Program-made: the position numbers and the translations under genes
Notes under the pieces: generated by a model
What the model was told of the DNA's origin: nothing
What the model saw: the letters and a program-made list of their open reading frames with translations, nothing else
Database searches by the model: none
Shown here: positions 34,270-40,043 of the stretch, piece by piece
How the letters are laid out: each line of letters begins with the position of its first letter
How positions within the stretch are numbered: position 1 is the first letter of the stretch
From: a virus
Taxonomy: Duplodnaviria > Caudoviricetes
Reading direction: 5' to 3' (one strand)
Virus record (IMG/VR): IMGVR_UViG_3300037423_001244
Coordinates: 1 to 40,043 of that record
Length of the DNA stretch: 40,043 nucleotides

Positions 34270-35769
34270 ATGACCCTCGACGTGTGGGAGCTCGCGGCCC
34301 GCATGTTCGAGCCGCCGCGTCCCAAGCACCGCACCCCCGGCGACCTCGCCCGGGCCACGAACCCCAAGACCGTCCAGACCCCAGCGCTCGACCTGATCGA
34401 CGCCGAACTCGTCCGAGCCTTCACCACCCCGGACTCGCGGCTCATCATCAGCATGCCACCGCAGGAGGGCAAGAGCGTGCGGGCCGCGAACGACTTCCCC
34501 ATCTGGTGCCTGACCCAGAACCCCGACCTGCGCATCGTCACCGCCTCGTACGGGCAGACCCTCGCCAACCGAAACGGCCGCGCCATCCGCAACCGCATCG
34601 CCGCGAACCCCGACCTCGGGATCACCATCGCGAACGACAACGGATCCGTGCACGAGTGGACCCTCGCCGGGAAAGACGGCGGCGTCCTATCCGTCGGCAT
34701 CGGCGCCGGCGTCACCGGCCGCCCCGCGGACCTCATGATCATCGACGACCCGATCAAGGACCGCAAAGAGGCCGACTCGCAGATCTACCGCGACGCCGTC
34801 TGGGACTGGTGGACCGACGCCGCCAGTGCCCGCCTCGCCCCCGGCGCGCCCGTGATCCTGATCCTCACCCGCTGGCACGAGGACGACCTCGCCGGCCGAC
34901 TCACCAAGCTCGACACCGAGGCAGGGTGGCGGGTCCTGAACATCCCCGCCCAGGCAGACCACCGGCCCGAGAAGGGCGAGACAGACCCGCTCGGCCGCAA
35001 GCCGGGCGAGTTCATGGTCTCCGCCCGCGGCCGCACCCTCCACCAGTGGGAGCGGCGCAAGGCCACCGCGGGCCCGCGGACCTGGGCGTCCCTGTACCAA
35101 GGCCGCCCGGCCCCGGCCGAGGGCGGCATCTTCCCGCCCGAGTGGGCCCGCTACACCGAGCCGCTCTGGGTCGAACGCGCCGACGGGGCCCGCATCGTGC
35201 CCGGCATCGGCCGCGACGACCACGAGCTCGTGCAGTCCTGGGACCTCGCGTTCAAGGACACCAAGTCCTCGGACTACGTCGTCGGGCAGGTCTGGCTCCG
35301 CATCGGCGCCCGGGCCTACCTGCTCGACATGGTCCGGGCTCGGCTGAACTTCAACGACACCCTCGCCGCGATCAAGGCAATGTCCGCGAAGTGGCCCCAG
35401 GCGGTGGCGAAGTTCGTCGAGGACAAGGCCAACGGGCCGGCCGCGATCAACGCCCTCTCCCGCGAGCTCGTCGGGCTGATCCCGATTGAGCCGGACGGGT
35501 CCAAGACCGCACGCGCCTCTGCCGTGTCGCCGCTGGCCTACGCCGGGAACATCGCCCTCCCCTCCCAAGAGCTGCTGCCGAACGTGGGCGAGCTGGTGGA
35601 GGAGGCGAAGAACTTCCCCTCCGGCGCGCACGACGACACGATCGACGCCCTCTCCCAGGCTGTGAACCGGCTCCTCCTGCTGCCCCTCACGCAGGAGCTG
35701 CAGGACGACGTCGTCCCGGACGCGTACGACGCCATCGAAACCCGTGGCTGGTCCATCAGCCCCTACTAG
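34270..35769 (+). CDS. Terminase large subunit
   Basis: MPPQEGKS Walker A, IIDDPIKD Walker B, TRWHEDD, SWDLAFK, HDDTIDA. Confidence 0.95.
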   Translation: MTLDVWELAARMFEPPRPKHRTPGDLARATNPKTVQTPALDLIDAELVRAFTTPDSRLIISMPPQEGKSVRAANDFPIWCLTQNPDLRIVTASYGQTLANRNGRAIRNRIAANPDLGITIANDNGSVHEWTLAGKDGGVLSVGIGAGVTGRPADLMIIDDPIKDRKEADSQIYRDAVWDWWTDAASARLAPGAPVILILTRWHEDDLAGRLTKLDTEAGWRVLNIPAQADHRPEKGETDPLGRKPGEFMVSARGRTLHQWERRKATAGPRTWASLYQGRPAPAEGGIFPPEWARYTEPLWVERADGARIVPGIGRDDHELVQSWDLAFKDTKSSDYVVGQVWLRIGARAYLLDMVRARLNFNDTLAAIKAMSAKWPQAVAKFVEDKANGPAAINALSRELVGLIPIEPDGSKTARASAVSPLAYAGNIALPSQELLPNVGELVEEAKNFPSGAHDDTIDALSQAVNRLLLLPLTQELQDDVVPDAYDAIETRGWSISPY

Positions 35770-35796
35770 CCCGACGACCCCGAGAGGCGGTGCCCA

Positions 35797-37344
35797 GTGG
35801 CCCTGCGCGACCTGTTCCGCCCCAAGACGACCGAGGCCGCCGAGCCGACCGTCCCCGCCTGGCAGCACGAGACCGTCGCCCTCCGCCTCGAGCAGGCCTC
35901 CGAGGCGCTCAACCGGCTCACCCTCATGGCCGAGGACACCGGCTGGGAGGACCTCCGCCGCACCGGCGATGTCCTCTCCCGCGAAGGCCTCGCCTCCGCC
36001 GTCGCCCTCTGCCGCGTCGTCGCGATCGCGAACCCGCTCCTCAAGCGCGGCCTCGGGATCCGCGGCTCCTACGTCTTCGGGCAGGGCGTGGAGATCTCCG
36101 GCCGCTCCGACGGCAACGACGGATCCCAGGACGTCGACTCCGTGGTGAGGGCCTTCTTCGAGGACGAGGGCAACCGCGACGCCGTCACCGGCCCGCAGGC
36201 CCGCCTCGGGCTGGAGAAGGACCTCGGGACCGACGGGAACGTGTTCCTCGCCCACTACACCAACCCCCTCGACGGCAGGGTCAAGGTGCGGCCGCTGCCG
36301 ATGGACGAGATGGCCGAGATCATCACCGCCCCCGGCGACCGCACCGAGCCGTGGTACTACCGGCGCAAGTGGGTCGAGACCGTGCCCACGCAGACCTTCG
36401 GGACCGGGCTGCGGCAGGAGCGCGAAGCCCTCTACCCGGCCCTCAAGTACCAGCCCCTCACCCGGCCGCGCACCCTCGGCGGGGTCGAGGTCATGTGGGA
36501 CGCCCCCGTCCTGCACGTCCGGGTCAACCCGGCCGGCGCGTGGGGCGTCCCCGACTCGTACGCGGCCCTGCCGTGGGTGAAGTCCTACAAGGAGTTCCTC
36601 GAGGACTGGGCGGCCCTGTGCCGGGCCCTGTCCCGGATCGCGTTCCGCGCATCGTCCAAGTCCACCCCGGGTTCGCAGCGGGCCCGCGCCGCGCTCGCAG
36701 GCCTCGACGCCGCCGGCCCCGGCGCCTCGGTCTCGCTCGGGGACGGGCAGACGCTCGAGGCCGTGCCGAAGACCGGCGCCACCCTCGACTCCGAATCCGG
36801 ACGCCCCCTCGCGGCCATGGCCGCCGCAGCCCTCGGCGTGACCGTCACCATCCTCCTCGCCGACCCTGGCACCACCGGAGCCCGGGCCGTCGCCGAGACC
36901 CTCGACCTGCCCATGCGGCTCGAGATGCAGGCCAGGCAGGAAGTCTGGGCACAGGCCTACAAGGCCATGGCAGCCTACGTCATCGAGTCCGCCGTCACCG
37001 CGCCCCGCGGCCCGCTCAAGGGCCGGGAGGTCCGCGACGGCGACCGGCTCCACGTCGACCTCGGCCAAGGCACCGACCCCACCGTCGAGGTGGTCTGGCC
37101 GTCGCTGGAAGAGATCGACGTCAAGACCGTCATCGATGCGATCGTCTCCGCCGACGGGCTCGGGGTCCTGCCCAAGCTCGAAGTCCTCAAGCTCGTCCTG
37201 CGGGCGCTGGGGATCACGGACATCGACGACATCATCGACTCGGTCACGGACGAGAACGGGGACTTCATCGCCCCGGCCGACGCGACCGGGCAGGCCGCAG
37301 CGGACGCGTTCCGCAACGGCCAGGACCCGGCCGGGAACTTCTAG
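35797..37344 (+). CDS. Portal protein
   Basis: 515 aa after terL; NPLLKRG, DGNVF motifs. Confidence 0.88.
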   Translation: MALRDLFRPKTTEAAEPTVPAWQHETVALRLEQASEALNRLTLMAEDTGWEDLRRTGDVLSREGLASAVALCRVVAIANPLLKRGLGIRGSYVFGQGVEISGRSDGNDGSQDVDSVVRAFFEDEGNRDAVTGPQARLGLEKDLGTDGNVFLAHYTNPLDGRVKVRPLPMDEMAEIITAPGDRTEPWYYRRKWVETVPTQTFGTGLRQEREALYPALKYQPLTRPRTLGGVEVMWDAPVLHVRVNPAGAWGVPDSYAALPWVKSYKEFLEDWAALCRALSRIAFRASSKSTPGSQRARAALAGLDAAGPGASVSLGDGQTLEAVPKTGATLDSESGRPLAAMAAAALGVTVTILLADPGTTGARAVAETLDLPMRLEMQARQEVWAQAYKAMAAYVIESAVTAPRGPLKGREVRDGDRLHVDLGQGTDPTVEVVWPSLEEIDVKTVIDAIVSADGLGVLPKLEVLKLVLRALGITDIDDIIDSVTDENGDFIAPADATGQAAADAFRNGQDPAGNF

Positions 37345-37362
37345 GACGAGGAGGGGTGCGCT

Positions 37363-38385
37363 GTGGCGGTCACCGCGGACACCCTCCTCACTGCCGGGCG
37401 GCTGCGCGAGCGCCTCGCCAAGCTCACCGACCAGCAGGCCCGCGACCTGACCAGGGCGTGGGTGGAGGCGTGGGACGCCCTCGCCCCCGCCTTCCAGCTC
37501 GCCCTCGTCGAAGCCCTCGCCGACGGGCCCCTCACCGCCGCCAAGGTGAACCGGTCCCGGCGCCTCCTCGCCGCCCTCCGGCAGTCCCGCGAGCGCCTCG
37601 ACACCCTCGCAGCCGGGCTGCCCGGCATGGTCGGCCAGTCCGTGGCGGACGCGGTCCTCGACGCCGCCGAGACGCACCTCGCCGTCATCGGGTCCCAGTT
37701 CCCTCCACCCGGCACGGCGGGACCGACCATCAACCTCGCGATGGTGTCCCAGGCGCAGCTCGACGCGATCGTCGGGCGGACCACCCAGCAGATCCACGCC
37801 ACCTCCCTCCCCCTCGCCCCGGAGGCGGAGCGGGCCATGAAGCAGGCGCTCGTGCAGGGCGTCGCGGCCGGGGCGAACCCGGTGGAGACGGCCCGCAGGA
37901 TCATGCGCCGGGTGGAGGGCCGCTTCAACGGCGGCCTCGCCCGCGCCGTCCGGATCGCCCGCACCGAGACCCTCGACGCGCACCGCGCCGCCGCCCAGGA
38001 GACCGAGGCCGCGAACCGGGCCGTGCTCAAGGACTGGGAGTGGCACGCCAACCTCGACACCCGCACGTGCCCGGCCTGCCTGTCCATGCACGGCACGCGG
38101 CACGACCTCGACGAGCCCGGACCGAACGACCACCCCAACGGGCGGTGCGCGAGGATCGCGGTCACGAAGTCGTGGAAGGAGCTCGGCTTCAACGTCCCCG
38201 AGCCGGCGCCGCTGACGCAGGACGCGGAGGCGTGGTTCCGGGACCTGCCCGAGAAAGACCAGCGCGCCATGCTCGGCCCGGCCCGGTGGGACGCCTGGAA
38301 CAAGGGCGACCTCGCCTTCGGGGACATGGCCGCGGCCCGGTCAAACCCCGGGTGGCGCGACTCCATCCAAGTCGCCCCCGCCTAG
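37363..38385 (+). CDS. MuF-like minor capsid protein
   Basis: RIARTE, RTCPACLSMHG, HPNGRC. Confidence 0.85.
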   Translation: MAVTADTLLTAGRLRERLAKLTDQQARDLTRAWVEAWDALAPAFQLALVEALADGPLTAAKVNRSRRLLAALRQSRERLDTLAAGLPGMVGQSVADAVLDAAETHLAVIGSQFPPPGTAGPTINLAMVSQAQLDAIVGRTTQQIHATSLPLAPEAERAMKQALVQGVAAGANPVETARRIMRRVEGRFNGGLARAVRIARTETLDAHRAAAQETEAANRAVLKDWEWHANLDTRTCPACLSMHGTRHDLDEPGPNDHPNGRCARIAVTKSWKELGFNVPEPAPLTQDAEAWFRDLPEKDQRAMLGPARWDAWNKGDLAFGDMAAARSNPGWRDSIQVAPA

Positions 38386-38526
38386 CACCTGCCCCAGCGG
38401 CGGCACGAACAGCACCGCCCCGCAACGGGTGCAGCGCTCGGAGCGCTCCGCGCCGGCAGGGCCCAGCCGGAACCACTCCACCACCCACGCATGGGCTGGG
38501 CAGTCCCGGTCATCATCCGCACCCAC
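38341..38526 (-). CDS. Small antisense zinc-binding protein
   Basis: DCPAHAW...CTRCG; TACAGT -10 six nt before GTG 38526 (leaderless). Confidence 0.5.
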   Translation of the reverse strand: MGADDDRDCPAHAWVVEWFRLGPAGAERSERCTRCGAVLFVPPLGQVLGGGDLDGVAPPGV

Positions 38527-38548
38527 CCCACCACTGTAGGAGGCCACC

Positions 38549-39775
38549 GTGCCCAAGCACATCACCGAGGCCGCCGGTGCCGCGACCGCGCTGACCGGGA
38601 CCCGGCAGCGGGTCGTCCTCATCACCCCCGGCTGGGGCTCCTCCGGCTACTACTCCCCAGCCGTGCTCGAGCAGGCCGCCAAGGACCGGGTGTTCCCCAA
38701 GGGAACCCACCAGCACATCGACCACTCCACCCCGCTGGAGGACATGGAGCGCCCCGCCGGCACCCTGCAGACCTGGGCCGCGGTCCTGTCCGAGGACGCC
38801 TACTGGGACCCGTCCGTGCCCGGCCTCGTCGCCGACGCCCGCGTGTTCACCCCGTGGGCGCCGCTGCTGGCCGAGATGGCCGAGGAAGGCCTCGCCGTCT
38901 CCATCAGCGCCGCCGCCGAGTTCAAGCCCGGCGAGGCCGAGGGCCGGCGCGGCAACGTCGTCGAGCGGCTCCTGCCCGACCCGCTCAACCGGGTCGACTA
39001 CGTCACCGTCGCAGGCCGCGGCGGCCACGTCGCCGCCGTCCTCGAGCACTACCGCCGCCCCGCCGCCGAGGCCACCGCGAGGGACGTCGAGCAGCAGCTC
39101 CGCGAGCTCCTCCGCGCCGCCTACGGCGACGACGGCACCTACGTCTGGCTCGAAGACCGCGACGAGGCCGGAGGCCTCGCCTGGTACACGGTCGAGACCT
39201 CCGACAGCACCACCATCTGGCAGACCGGCTACACCGTCGCCGCCGACGGCACCGTCTCCCTCACCGGCGAGACAGTGCAGGTCCGCCGCCAGATCAGCTA
39301 CGTGCCCGTCCCGGCACCCCAGAGCCCCCCTGCCGCCCCGGCTGGGGTCCCCCAGGAAACCGGCAACCAGACCCCGAAGGAGTCCACCATGCCGAAGATC
39401 GAGATCGACGAGCAGGAGCTCACCCAGCTCCGCGAGTCCGCCAGCCGGGCCGCCGCGCTGGAGACCGAGAACGCGACCCTCCGCGAGGGCGACCGGCGCC
39501 GCCACGTCGAGTCCCTCGTCGCGTCCGCGTTCGACGTCGAATCCCCCCGCGTCCGGGCCGCCCTCGTGGCCGAGCACCTTGACCCGGAGCACACGGACGA
39601 GGCCATCACCGCCGCCGCCCGCGAGGCCGCCGCCGAGGTCCGCGCCGCCCACGGCGAGGGCCAGGTCCACGGCAACGGCCAGACCACCGCCGCGGCCGAG
39701 TCCGCCACGAAGCCCGAGGCCCGCACGGTCACGGACGACGACATCGTCAACGCCCTCGAAGGGAAGGTGGCCTGA
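38549..39775 (+). CDS. Capsid maturation protease-scaffold fusion
   Basis: LITPGWGSSGYYS, IDH, VSISA, VDYVTVAGRGG protease; C-terminal helical scaffold; internal AAGGAG-ATG 39389 could give a scaffold alone. Confidence 0.8.
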   Translation: MPKHITEAAGAATALTGTRQRVVLITPGWGSSGYYSPAVLEQAAKDRVFPKGTHQHIDHSTPLEDMERPAGTLQTWAAVLSEDAYWDPSVPGLVADARVFTPWAPLLAEMAEEGLAVSISAAAEFKPGEAEGRRGNVVERLLPDPLNRVDYVTVAGRGGHVAAVLEHYRRPAAEATARDVEQQLRELLRAAYGDDGTYVWLEDRDEAGGLAWYTVETSDSTTIWQTGYTVAADGTVSLTGETVQVRRQISYVPVPAPQSPPAAPAGVPQETGNQTPKESTMPKIEIDEQELTQLRESASRAAALETENATLREGDRRRHVESLVASAFDVESPRVRAALVAEHLDPEHTDEAITAAAREAAAEVRAAHGEGQVHGNGQTTAAAESATKPEARTVTDDDIVNALEGKVA

Positions 39776-39778
39776 GCC

Positions 39779-40043
39779 ATGGCCAAGAACCAGCGCTACA
39801 CCCACAACGACCACATCGCCCTCAGCGCCCCCGCCGACATCACGTCCGGGCAGCCGGTGAAGATCGGCCAGTACGTCGGCGTCGCCCAGACCTCGGCGAA
39901 GGCCGGCGAGCGCGTCACGGTCTGGCTCAACGGCTCCTTCACGGTCCCCGTGACCGGCGCCGTCGCCGAGGCCGGGCCCGTCTACATCAAGGCGGACAAC
40001 ACCCTCACCGCCACCGCCACCGGCAACTACCCCTTCGGCGTCG
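39779..40043 (+). CDS. Capsid decoration/cement protein (DUF2190-like), 5' part
   Basis: ATG 39779; continues through the terminal repeat into 1-246. Confidence 0.8.
   Translation, partial: MAKNQRYTHNDHIALSAPADITSGQPVKIGQYVGVAQTSAKAGERVTVWLNGSFTVPVTGAVAEAGPVYIKADNTLTATATGNYPFGV
39881..40043. repeat. Terminal direct repeat (right copy)
   Basis: 163-bp copy of 1-163 with one synonymous mismatch. Confidence 0.97.

Noticed and set aside
34687-38133. 1148-aa minus-strand ORF and other long antisense ORFs (221-1378, 2380-4227, 5140-6696, 6464-8179, 9863-11539, 38513-39814)
   Set aside because: Shadow frames of well-supported plus-strand genes; high-GC codon bias removes stops; no motifs
35790-38594. 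934-aa Arg/Pro-rich plus-strand ORF
   Set aside because: Alternative frame of portal/MuF with low-complexity GC-driven composition

Overview
The window is an apparently complete, circularly permuted ~39.9-kb genome of a temperate, high-GC actinobacterial siphophage. A Micrococcaceae-like host is an inference from gene content. Bases 1-163 are repeated at 39881-40043 with one mismatch. Gene order: capsid, head-tail and tail genes (with a -1 frameshifted tail chaperone); lysis cassette; a post-lysis tail-spike/SGNH-esterase cassette; leftward accessory genes next to a tRNA-derived attP; tyrosine integrase, ImmA-like metallopeptidase and repressor; divergent Cro-like gene and early recombination/replication genes; terminase, portal, MuF and protease-scaffold. 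The most notable signals are regulatory. (i) The antirepressor-integrase promoter carries both a perfect actinobacterial LexA box and a PafBC/RecA-NDp-like promoter. (ii) An ssrA-like YALAA degron is buried in the repressor. (iii) 10-11-bp-phased TTCC direct repeats are shared by the immunity switch, attP and two other promoters. (iv) A toxin-antitoxin-like gene pair with a possible sRNA sits beside attP. (v) Several antisense genes with their own promoters are embedded in the late operon. All protein calls come from motif recognition and synteny, not database searches.
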